A stretch of 64,000 bases of DNA from Promethearchaeia archaeon (lineage in GTDB: Archaea > Asgardarchaeota > Lokiarchaeia > Sigyniarchaeales > SOKP01): NCBI GenBank assembly GCA_029856125.1, contig JAHQWJ010000148.1:1-64000 (forward strand). The letters are read 5' to 3'. The position numbers were made by a program, and so were the translations under genes. Each line of letters opens with the position of its first letter. Positions within the stretch are counted from its first letter, which is position 1. Under the pieces are notes generated by a model, which saw only the letters and a list, made by a program, of their open reading frames with translations, had not been told where the DNA came from and did no database searches. Of the stretch, positions 10,218 to 18,676 are shown in pieces.

Positions 10218-10255
10218 GAAAAATTTAGATAAAATAAAGAGGAATGTAGTAGATT

Positions 10256-11176
10256 TTGATTGAAGACACAAGTGATTCTGGACCTGAACTTCGAAAGGAA
10301 ATTGTTCAATTCCAATATCAGAAATATATAGCTTTCTTCTTTTTTATTTATGTAGGGTCTTATTTAGCGCCAGTCATAGCTCTAATGTTCTACCTTTTCT
10401 TAGTATTAAAACCCTTATTTTTAGAAGTAGATAACTTTATTGTTATCCTTACGAGTCTTGATTCATTAATAATTTTTTTAACAATTCCACTTGTGGTCGT
10501 TGGCTTCTATTTAACACACCTATTTTTCTTAGGAGTTTTTACAAGAATTTCATGGAAATTTACAGAGAAAAGAAGCCCATCAAAAGATGGAATAATTCCT
10601 CGCAATATCGCTTCTAAAACCGCAGATTATTACCACTATAGAAGTTTTATGATTAAATACGGAAAGAATACTTTCATGAAAGGAATTTTTCCTTGGCTGG
10701 CAAACTGGTTTTTTAATTTTGTAGGTGCTTGTGTTATTGATAAAGGCACAACATTTGAAGAATCTGTAAGTAATGATCGAAATATTGAAGTCGGAAGAAA
10801 TTGTTATATTGGAGTGAATTCGGCATTAGCATCTCATGTTGTTGAAGGTGTTTTTGGTAACATCGTCTATTTTAAAGTAAAAGCAAGAGATAATGTTACG
10901 TTTAGTGGTTTTAACGTTGTAGCTCCAGGGTGCGAGTTAAAAGATGATACTTACTTATTGCCAATGGCTGCAGCAACAAAATTTAACACAACTAAGGGGA
11001 ATAATTTCTATTATGGTATGCCTTTTAGACGGATCTTCAAGAAGAAACTAATAGATTACCTAAAAGTAAGTGAAGATGATTTGAACAGAGCAGAAGAACT
11101 AAGAATTAAGCAAGTAAACAAGAAACTGAACAGTTCGAATAAAGAAGAAATAAAAAGTAGAGAAAAATTAAATTAA
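10256..11176 (+). CDS. Membrane-anchored LbetaH acyltransferase-like protein, paralog A3
   Basis: VGRNCYIGVNSALASHVVEG, FYYGMP; TTG start. Confidence 0.75.
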   Translation: MIEDTSDSGPELRKEIVQFQYQKYIAFFFFIYVGSYLAPVIALMFYLFLVLKPLFLEVDNFIVILTSLDSLIIFLTIPLVVVGFYLTHLFFLGVFTRISWKFTEKRSPSKDGIIPRNIASKTADYYHYRSFMIKYGKNTFMKGIFPWLANWFFNFVGACVIDKGTTFEESVSNDRNIEVGRNCYIGVNSALASHVVEGVFGNIVYFKVKARDNVTFSGFNVVAPGCELKDDTYLLPMAAATKFNTTKGNNFYYGMPFRRIFKKKLIDYLKVSEDDLNRAEELRIKQVNKKLNSSNKEEIKSREKLN

Positions 11177-11194
11177 AATCATATGTGAAATAAA

Positions 11195-12109
11195 ATGACA
11201 GAAGAAGAAAAAGACAAGCAAGATATTGTTAAGGAAAATGATGAGACAGATGATGATTCAGATTTCGTTATAGACTTTACAACAAGTTCAGCAATAAATA
11301 AAGTAACTTTGAAATTTTTAGTTGTGTATATCCCAATATTTTGGTTTAGTGGTTTAGTAGTAGCAACTCTATGGTATGGATACACAGTAAGTCTAGTTCC
11401 TTGGATCATCAAATTATTATTTTTACCGTTATTATTGTTATTCTTTTCGTTTCTTTTCATATTTAGTTGCTTGTTCTTCAGTAAATTATTCCTTATATTT
11501 ATTAATCTTATTCACCTCCCTAAAGAAGGGATTTTCCGCACTGATTCGGGTAACCCTGACTTTGAGTTTTGGCGATTTAGAACTGAGATAAAGAAGATTA
11601 CTTTGTGGCTGATAAGAAATTGGCCTCTACCGTGGATTGATGTAATAGCTTTCCGCTGGTTTGGAATAAGGATGGATTTTTCAAGCCATTTAAACGACGC
11701 ATGGTGCGACGCAGAATTCATTTCTTTTGGAAAAAACGTGACTATCGGCCAAGGCGCGGCTATTATGAGCTCAATGGTTGTAGGTAATTACCTTATCATT
11801 AAAACGATCAGATTTGATGATTATTCGCTCATAGGAGGTCAGAGCACTATCGCCCCAGGAACGCATTTTGGAGAAGATACAGTGCTCGGTGCTGTTTCTG
11901 TAACAACCCTTAATCAAGAATTAGAATCTGGATGGATCTATTCTGGAATCCCCGCAAGAAAATTAAAACCTAACAAATACGCTGAAATGCGGAGGGATAT
12001 TATTCATAAAGTAGATGTTGACGAAGAAGAAGCAGTCGAAACCGAGCACGAAGTTAATATTGACGAAGATAAAAAGCACCTAATTAAAAAAAAGAGCGAG
12101 GATGATTGA
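11195..12109 (+). CDS. Membrane-anchored LbetaH acyltransferase-like protein, paralog B1 (His-less)
   Basis: 2 TM; PKEGIF..FEFW, FGKNVTIGQGAAIMSS, IGGQSTIAPG, WIYSGIPARK. Confidence 0.75.
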   Translation: MTEEEKDKQDIVKENDETDDDSDFVIDFTTSSAINKVTLKFLVVYIPIFWFSGLVVATLWYGYTVSLVPWIIKLLFLPLLLLFFSFLFIFSCLFFSKLFLIFINLIHLPKEGIFRTDSGNPDFEFWRFRTEIKKITLWLIRNWPLPWIDVIAFRWFGIRMDFSSHLNDAWCDAEFISFGKNVTIGQGAAIMSSMVVGNYLIIKTIRFDDYSLIGGQSTIAPGTHFGEDTVLGAVSVTTLNQELESGWIYSGIPARKLKPNKYAEMRRDIIHKVDVDEEEAVETEHEVNIDEDKKHLIKKKSEDD

Positions 12110-13007
12110 GATGAGCGTTCCTAATTCTATGCGTATTGGTCCTTTCTGTGCCTCGGTCTTAGTTAAGAAAAAATACTTGATAGCCTACATTTTTTTGATT
12201 TGGATAAGCATCCTTCCCGCTATTTTAGAAATTTGGTGGTACTGGCAGATGTTATGGTACGACCCTCGGCCACTCCATTTCTACGTGTTCCTGCCCCTTT
12301 ATTTGATAGTAATTTATGTTACAACTGTCTTTGCAGCCATCTTTTCCGCAAAAGTTATGTTAATGATCGCGAGTATTTTCCATAAGCCTAAAGAAGGAGT
12401 ATTTCTTCGAGATCCTTCTGATAGGGATTATCGTTATTGGAGCCTTAGAAACACGATAAAGAAATGGCCTACTTGGCTCGCACATAAGTTTCCATTTCCC
12501 TTCTTAGATAATATTTGCTTTAAAGTGTTTGGCGTAAAAACTAAATTTTCTAATTCCCTTTTTGAAGGCTGGGTAGATACAGAATTTATAGAGTTCGGTA
12601 AAAATGTAGTTATTGGACAAGGTGCTATAGTTCAGTCTTCGGTTATTATAGGGAATTTTTTAATTATTAGAAAAACAGTTATCGAAGAAAATGTCAGAGT
12701 TGGAGCACACGTGATTATTATGCCAGGAACTCACATAGGAAAAAACTGTATTTTAAATACGTGGTCTTCTACGATGGTAGGACAGGAATTAGAAGAAGGT
12801 TGGATATACAATGGAGGTCCGGCAAAAAAATTTAAGAGAAATAGGTTTTTTGAAGATATCCCAATTGAAAAACTTACTAAATCTATTGGAGACATGGGCG
12901 AATTATTAAAGAAATACGATGACCAAAGAGTCGCTAGAGTAATGAAGAAGCGGAGATCGATTAAGAGAAAAGATAAAGAAGAAAAAGACGCGGAAGAAAA
13001 AGAATAA
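12102..13007 (+). CDS. Membrane-anchored LbetaH acyltransferase-like protein, paralog B2 (His-less)
   Basis: 2 TM; PKEGVF..YRYW, FGKNVVIGQGAIVQSS, VGAHVIIMPG, WIYNGGPAKK; overlaps B1 stop. Confidence 0.75.
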   Translation: MIEMSVPNSMRIGPFCASVLVKKKYLIAYIFLIWISILPAILEIWWYWQMLWYDPRPLHFYVFLPLYLIVIYVTTVFAAIFSAKVMLMIASIFHKPKEGVFLRDPSDRDYRYWSLRNTIKKWPTWLAHKFPFPFLDNICFKVFGVKTKFSNSLFEGWVDTEFIEFGKNVVIGQGAIVQSSVIIGNFLIIRKTVIEENVRVGAHVIIMPGTHIGKNCILNTWSSTMVGQELEEGWIYNGGPAKKFKRNRFFEDIPIEKLTKSIGDMGELLKKYDDQRVARVMKKRRSIKRKDKEEKDAEEKE

Positions 13008-13009
13008 AC

Positions 13010-13798
13010 ATGAAGATCGGTTACGTACAAACTTCTCCAATTTTTGGTGAAATAACTCAAAACTTTAAACAAGTTGAAGATTTACTAGGAAATGCTAAAG
13101 GAGATTTGCTTGTTTTACCCGAACTATTCGCAATAGGATACACATTTATATCTAAAGAAGAAGCAGAATCTATGGCTGAAACTACTGAAGGAAAAACTGC
13201 CAATTTTTTAATAGGGTTAGCTAAAAAAACGGGTGCTGTGGTTGTAGGCGGATTCATAGAAAAAGATGGTAAACAAATTTATAATTCGTCTATGATAGTA
13301 TCTGGTAGCGAAGTTCTTGGGACTTATCGGAAACTCCACCTTTATTACAAAGAAAAACTGTGGTTTTCTCCGGGGAACAAACCTTTAGAAATATTTGAAG
13401 TAAAAAAAACAAAGGTAGGAATCATGATTTGTTTCGATTGGTTCTTTCCTGAGACTCTCCGAAGTCTTGCTCTTCTTGGAGCAGACATTATAGCTCACCC
13501 CGCTAACTTAGTGCTTCCGTATTGCCAAAGGGCGATGACAACTCGTTGTTTGGTAAATCGAGTTTTCGCTGTAACATGTAATAGGATTGGAAACGAAGCA
13601 AGGGGAGAAGATAATTTTGTATTTACGGGGGGTAGTCAAATTACTTCTTATAAAGGCGAAGTTCTCTCATCCGCCCCAAAAGATAAACCACATATTGACT
13701 TTGTTGAAATAGATGTTAAACAAGCGAGAGATAAAAACCTTAACAAATATAATAATGTATTTAGTGATAGAAGAACCGAGTTTTATTCTCTTGAATAA
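13010..13798 (+). CDS. Carbon-nitrogen hydrolase (nitrilase superfamily amidase/acyltransferase)
   Basis: Glu-Lys-Cys triad: LPELF, YRKLHL, ICFDWFFPE; starts 2 bp after B2. Confidence 0.9.
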   Translation: MKIGYVQTSPIFGEITQNFKQVEDLLGNAKGDLLVLPELFAIGYTFISKEEAESMAETTEGKTANFLIGLAKKTGAVVVGGFIEKDGKQIYNSSMIVSGSEVLGTYRKLHLYYKEKLWFSPGNKPLEIFEVKKTKVGIMICFDWFFPETLRSLALLGADIIAHPANLVLPYCQRAMTTRCLVNRVFAVTCNRIGNEARGEDNFVFTGGSQITSYKGEVLSSAPKDKPHIDFVEIDVKQARDKNLNKYNNVFSDRRTEFYSLE

Positions 13799-13814
13799 TA
13801 GATAGAGTGATGTT

Positions 13815-14822
13815 ATGAAAGCGGCTGTATTCGACGGGCAAGATATCTCCATTAAGGAAGTACCGATACCAAGACTTGAAGATTCTCAAGTTTTAATTCA
13901 AATAAAAGCGTCAGGAATATGTGGGACCGATATAGCTATAGCAAAAGGGGATTTACCAACGCCAACGCCGATCATTTTAGGTCACGAGTTTGCAGGTGAA
14001 GTTATAGAAGTCGGTAAGAAAATTAACTCAAACTGGGAAGGAAAACATGTCACATCCGAAATTAATAGCAACATCGATTTCAGCTGTTATTACTGTCAAC
14101 GAAATATTTTCTCTCAATGCCTATCGCGCAAAGCCTTAGGTATAGATATTAATGGCTCCTTTGCTGAATACATAGTTGTTGAGCCATATATGCTTCACGA
14201 AATACCGAGAAAGATTTCTTACAAGGAAGCAACATTTATAGAACCTTTAGCAGCAGCGTATCAAACATTTGAAATGATGCCATTAGCAGATGAAGACAAA
14301 ATTATCGCAATCTATGGGCTTGGAAAATTAGGTTTATTACTAGCCCAAGTGGCCTTAGTTAAAGGATTGGATGTAATAGCAGTTGATGGTTCAGATAAAA
14401 AGCTTTCTATGGCTGAAAAGTATGGTGCAAAGCAACTAATTAACCGTTTTGAGGTAGAAAATATAAGTGATGAAATCAAAGGTTCAACTGATAATCTTGG
14501 AGCAGATATTGTCGTAGATACTACAGGCAATCCAGAAGCTCTTATAGATATCGTTGCTTCGTGTAAAACGCGAGGTAAAATCCACATTAAAAGTACTCAT
14601 GGATTAAGAACTCCAATCAATCTTACTGATATAGTAGTTCGAGAAATCACCGTTTACAGTAGTAGATGTGGTCCATTTGATAAAGCAATTGAGGGACTAA
14701 GCTCTGGAGATATTAAAGTTAAAAGTTTAGTCTCCAAAATGTATGACTTAGAAAAAATTAGAGAAGCATTTGCTGCTTACGATGAAGATCCAGATTTTAT
14801 AAAAGCAGTTATCATAATTTAG
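13815..14822 (+). CDS. Zinc-dependent medium-chain alcohol dehydrogenase
   Basis: GICGTD, GHEFAG, C-x2-C..C structural Zn site, EPLAAA, GLGKLG. Confidence 0.9.
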   Translation: MKAAVFDGQDISIKEVPIPRLEDSQVLIQIKASGICGTDIAIAKGDLPTPTPIILGHEFAGEVIEVGKKINSNWEGKHVTSEINSNIDFSCYYCQRNIFSQCLSRKALGIDINGSFAEYIVVEPYMLHEIPRKISYKEATFIEPLAAAYQTFEMMPLADEDKIIAIYGLGKLGLLLAQVALVKGLDVIAVDGSDKKLSMAEKYGAKQLINRFEVENISDEIKGSTDNLGADIVVDTTGNPEALIDIVASCKTRGKIHIKSTHGLRTPINLTDIVVREITVYSSRCGPFDKAIEGLSSGDIKVKSLVSKMYDLEKIREAFAAYDEDPDFIKAVIII

Positions 14823-15207
14823 TAAATAATACCTGATTTTCCAAGAATCTAACAATTTTTTTACATGTTTGCATCTGGTAGTTTTTATTAGGATAAAATA
14901 CTTCTGGTCTCGGGCAGTCTTGGTCTAAAGTACAGTGTCCTTTATCAGGATCATAAATCAATGGGTAAAAACGGCACCCTTGTGGCCTCACATCATATAT
15001 TGTACACAATTTAGCAGCACTATCAAAGAACACACAATATCCTTTAACATTTATTAATTGATTAAATCCTTCTTCGGTTCTTCGAATAAAACTGGTTATT
15101 TTTAAATGTTTAGGGTTATTTTTTTTAATACGAGCAATATCCTTACTAGATAAGAGCATCTCCGTTTCAATACAGCATTTTCCACAATCCTTACATATAT
15201 TTTTCAT
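14812..15207 (-). CDS. YkgJ-family (CxxCxxCC) cysteine-cluster protein
   Basis: CKDCGKCC, CVFFD..CTIYDVRPQGCRFYP. Confidence 0.88.
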   Translation of the reverse strand: MKNICKDCGKCCIETEMLLSSKDIARIKKNNPKHLKITSFIRRTEEGFNQLINVKGYCVFFDSAAKLCTIYDVRPQGCRFYPLIYDPDKGHCTLDQDCPRPEVFYPNKNYQMQTCKKIVRFLENQVLFTKL

Positions 15208-15388
15208 TTTCCTAATTCTTCTCTCTTAATTAGAACTTCTTTTACATTATAGTCAATCTAGATTGAAAATCATCATGTTTTTAAACATAAACAGCATAAT
15301 TTATAGTAAATTATTATTTTATTGAAATCCTAAGAATACTAATTATAATAGAGAGACGAGATTATTAAAATTAGATGGAGGTAATATT

Positions 15389-16510
15389 ATGTCTATTTTA
15401 AAACAACTTATGGAGGCAACTCGACTTACCAATCCTTGGATTACTAGCTGGAAAAATGAAGGAAAAAAAGTATTAGGATATTTTTGTTCGTATATTCCTG
15501 AAGAGATTATCTACGCTGCAAATATTTTGCCGATTAGGGTAAGAGCAAGAAAGTGTACTGATACACCAATGGCGGATGCCTATTTAAGTTCTACCATGTG
15601 TAGTTATACGAGATGTTGTCTTGAGCAAGCCAATAGAAAAGAATTTGGATATCTTGATGGAATTGTTTCGTGTAATTGCTGCGACCAAGTTAGGAGACTT
15701 TACGATAATATAAGATATAAGGCCCCGTTTCCTTATCATTACATCATGGGAGTTCCCGGTAATATCAGTGAAACTACATTAGATTGGTTTAAACATGAAC
15801 TCTCTAAATTTAAAGTAAGTATTGAGAAAAATTTCAATACTAGAATTACTGATGAAAAGTTAGGTGATACGATTAGATTATATAATAATTCTCGTAAATT
15901 GCTTAAAGAGATATATGAGCTCAGAAAACATGATTCCCCTCCTATTACAGGTAGTGATGTACTAAATATCATTTCAGCAGGAATCTCTATTCCAAGAAAC
16001 GAGTTCAATGCTTTATTAACACAGCAACTTGAGGAGCTTAAAAGTAAAGAGGGTATTTCCGATCATAAATCGAGAATAATGGTAATCGGTAGTATGCTTG
16101 ATGAGCCGGAATATATACAAATTATTGAACATCTCGGCGGATTAGTAGTTACTGATTCTACATGTATAGGAACTCGATATTTTTGGGATATGGTTGATGA
16201 AACTTCAAGTCCTCTTGATGCACTTGGAGAACGTTATCTATCGAAAATCTCATGTCCTCGTATGACTGGTGAACATTTGAAAAGAGCGCAATTTATGATG
16301 GATATGATTAAAGATTTTAATGTAGATGGAGTAATTTTTCAAAGAATGAAGTTTTGTGCGATATGGTGGGCTGAAATTTTCATGTTAAGGGACAAATTAA
16401 AAGAAGAAGGTATTCCATTTCTTGATTTAGAAAGAGAATATGTGTTAAGCGGTGCTGGAGCTATGAAAACTCGTGTCCAAACCTTTATAGAAATTTTAGA
16501 AGCGAGGTGA
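15389..16510 (+). CDS. 2-hydroxyacyl-CoA dehydratase / benzoyl-CoA reductase family subunit (HgdB/BcrC-like)
   Basis: GYFCSYIPEEII, CD..RR, CPRM, VDGVIF..KFC, TRVQTFIE. Confidence 0.85.
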   Translation: MSILKQLMEATRLTNPWITSWKNEGKKVLGYFCSYIPEEIIYAANILPIRVRARKCTDTPMADAYLSSTMCSYTRCCLEQANRKEFGYLDGIVSCNCCDQVRRLYDNIRYKAPFPYHYIMGVPGNISETTLDWFKHELSKFKVSIEKNFNTRITDEKLGDTIRLYNNSRKLLKEIYELRKHDSPPITGSDVLNIISAGISIPRNEFNALLTQQLEELKSKEGISDHKSRIMVIGSMLDEPEYIQIIEHLGGLVVTDSTCIGTRYFWDMVDETSSPLDALGERYLSKISCPRMTGEHLKRAQFMMDMIKDFNVDGVIFQRMKFCAIWWAEIFMLRDKLKEEGIPFLDLEREYVLSGAGAMKTRVQTFIEILEAR

Positions 16511-17835
16511 AAAATATGGATATAGAAGTGTATAATAAATATAAAAAACTTGGAAGAGGAAATTGGGGAAAAGATCTTACTATGTGGAAAATGATGTATT
16601 TGGGATTGTTAAATCAAAATAAAGATGAAGAATTTACACCAGTTTTCGAATTATTATTTAATATCTTCCTTGACCTCCCTAAGGCAAGGAAAGAAGGAAA
16701 ACTTGTTATAATGCATTCATTTAATTATGGTCCTGAATTATTTCACGCAATGAACTTAGCACCTCTCATGCAGGAATTATTTAGTGTTGGATTAGCCCCG
16801 TTACATCTAAATGAACCTTATATAGATTTTAGCAATCAAATTGGATATGGAGACAATCCAACAATCTGTAACGCTCAAAGGCCATTGATTGGTTCATTTC
16901 TGCAAGGTGCCTCGCCAATTCCTGATTTATTATTCTTTCTTTCAACGCCTTGTAATTCTCTTGCTATGACTTATCAAGTTTTTGAACACATAGCAAAAAT
17001 TCCTGCACATAGTATAGATGTTCCTTATTGGGCTTATGAACACAAAGATAACGAATTTTATGATGAGAATACTATTTCATATATGGTAAAGCAAGTAAAA
17101 GATTTAATACTATGGTTAGAAAAAGAAACAAAGCAGAAGTTAAATCCTGAAAATCTCCAAGAAACAATGAAAAATGTGAATCAATCAAGGGAATATATAT
17201 TAGAGTTTAACGAACTTTTAAAAACTGTTCCTTGCCCAGTGCCGAGCCGAGCAGGTTTTGGAAACTTTCTTTCCATGGTGACTCGTGGCGGCACTGATGA
17301 TGCTGTTAAAGCTACCAAATGGTTACGTGATTCTGCTTTAGAGAATGTTAGGAATGGGATAGGAGGTGTACCTGATGAGAAGATTAGAATTGCTTGGCCT
17401 TATACTCATGTCTTCTTTGATGCTGACCTTCTCATTTGGTTAGAAGAAACATTCAATGCAGTGGTGATTATGGATATACTTGGATACTACCAAGTCCTAC
17501 CTCACGATATATCTACACTCGAAAAATGTTATGAGAATTTAGCTAAGGGAACATTAGATTTCTCAATGGTAGGAACGTGTCGTGGCCCAATTGAGTTTTA
17601 TATCGAATTTTTATTAAATTATGTAAAAGAATATAAAATAGATTGTGTGATTATGCCAATGCAATTTGCGTGTAAACATGCATATGCAATAGCTCGAGTT
17701 GCTTCTGAAGCTGTGCGAGAACAAACAGGAATTCCGACTTTAATTTTTGGTTGTGATCCGTACGATTCACGAGAAGTAACTTCAGATGCTATAAGAGAAA
17801 GGATTTCAGAATTTCTGACTCAAGTAGTTTTATAA
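16507..17835 (+). CDS. 2-hydroxyacyl-CoA dehydratase / benzoyl-CoA reductase family subunit (HgdA/BcrB-like)
   Basis: PELFHAM, IC..Q, PCNS, IDCVI..ACKH, GIPTL..D..D; GTGA overlap with the upstream gene. Confidence 0.85.
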   Translation: MKNMDIEVYNKYKKLGRGNWGKDLTMWKMMYLGLLNQNKDEEFTPVFELLFNIFLDLPKARKEGKLVIMHSFNYGPELFHAMNLAPLMQELFSVGLAPLHLNEPYIDFSNQIGYGDNPTICNAQRPLIGSFLQGASPIPDLLFFLSTPCNSLAMTYQVFEHIAKIPAHSIDVPYWAYEHKDNEFYDENTISYMVKQVKDLILWLEKETKQKLNPENLQETMKNVNQSREYILEFNELLKTVPCPVPSRAGFGNFLSMVTRGGTDDAVKATKWLRDSALENVRNGIGGVPDEKIRIAWPYTHVFFDADLLIWLEETFNAVVIMDILGYYQVLPHDISTLEKCYENLAKGTLDFSMVGTCRGPIEFYIEFLLNYVKEYKIDCVIMPMQFACKHAYAIARVASEAVREQTGIPTLIFGCDPYDSREVTSDAIRERISEFLTQVVL

Positions 17836-17853
17836 AAGAGGTTTATTATAGAA

Positions 17854-18624
17854 TTGTTAGTAGCTGGATGTGATGTTGGTTCATTAACAGGAAAAGCAGT
17901 AATATTACAGGATGGTGAAATTTTATGTTATAGTATTGTTCCTACAACACCCAAACCTGAGAAGACTGCTCAAAATGCAATGGATGCGGCACTTCAAAAA
18001 AAAAACTTATCTCTGAATGATATTGAATTCATTGTAGGGACGGGATATGGTAGAATAAAAATTCCTTTTGCCACGTCTCAAATATCAGAATTGACATGTC
18101 ATGGTAAAGGCGCTCACTCTTTAATCCCATCAATTAGAACAATAATTGATGTGGGCGGTCAGGATTGTAAGGTAATTAAAGTGGATAAGAACGGAAAGAT
18201 TCTGGATTTTGCCATGAATGATAAGTGTGCCGCAGGAACGGGACGATTTTTGGAAGTGATGGCTAGAACTCTGGAACTCAAGCTTGAAGAGCTCGGCCCT
18301 ATATCTTTAGAGTCAAAGAATCAGGCTAAAATAACTGCTCAATGTAGCGTTTTTGCTGAAACAGAGGTAGTTAGTCTTATGGCTGATGGTATAGAAGTAT
18401 CAGACATAGTTGCGGGGATTCATGACGCTGTAGCCTCTAGAATTATGTCTCTTGTGTATAGAGTTGGCCTTGAAGAAGATTTGACAATAACTGGAGGAGT
18501 AGCAAAGAATATAGGAGTTGTAACCTATTTAGAGAAAAGGCTGGAGGTCACATCTAAAAAATTACCGGTTGATCCTCAAATAATAGGAGCGTTAGGAGCT
18601 GCATTAACAGCAAAAGAACAATAA
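17854..18624 (+). CDS. ATP-dependent activator of 2-hydroxyacyl-CoA dehydratase (HgdC/BadF-BcrA/D ASKHA family)
   Basis: GCDVGS, GTGYGR, ELTCH, DVGGQD, MNDKCAAGTGRFLE, CSVFAE, GGVAKN. Confidence 0.93.
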   Translation: MLVAGCDVGSLTGKAVILQDGEILCYSIVPTTPKPEKTAQNAMDAALQKKNLSLNDIEFIVGTGYGRIKIPFATSQISELTCHGKGAHSLIPSIRTIIDVGGQDCKVIKVDKNGKILDFAMNDKCAAGTGRFLEVMARTLELKLEELGPISLESKNQAKITAQCSVFAETEVVSLMADGIEVSDIVAGIHDAVASRIMSLVYRVGLEEDLTITGGVAKNIGVVTYLEKRLEVTSKKLPVDPQIIGALGAALTAKEQ

Positions 18625-18676
18625 AAAAAAATTATTTTTTATTTTAATTTTAAGAAAAAATCTATTTATTTCTTTA

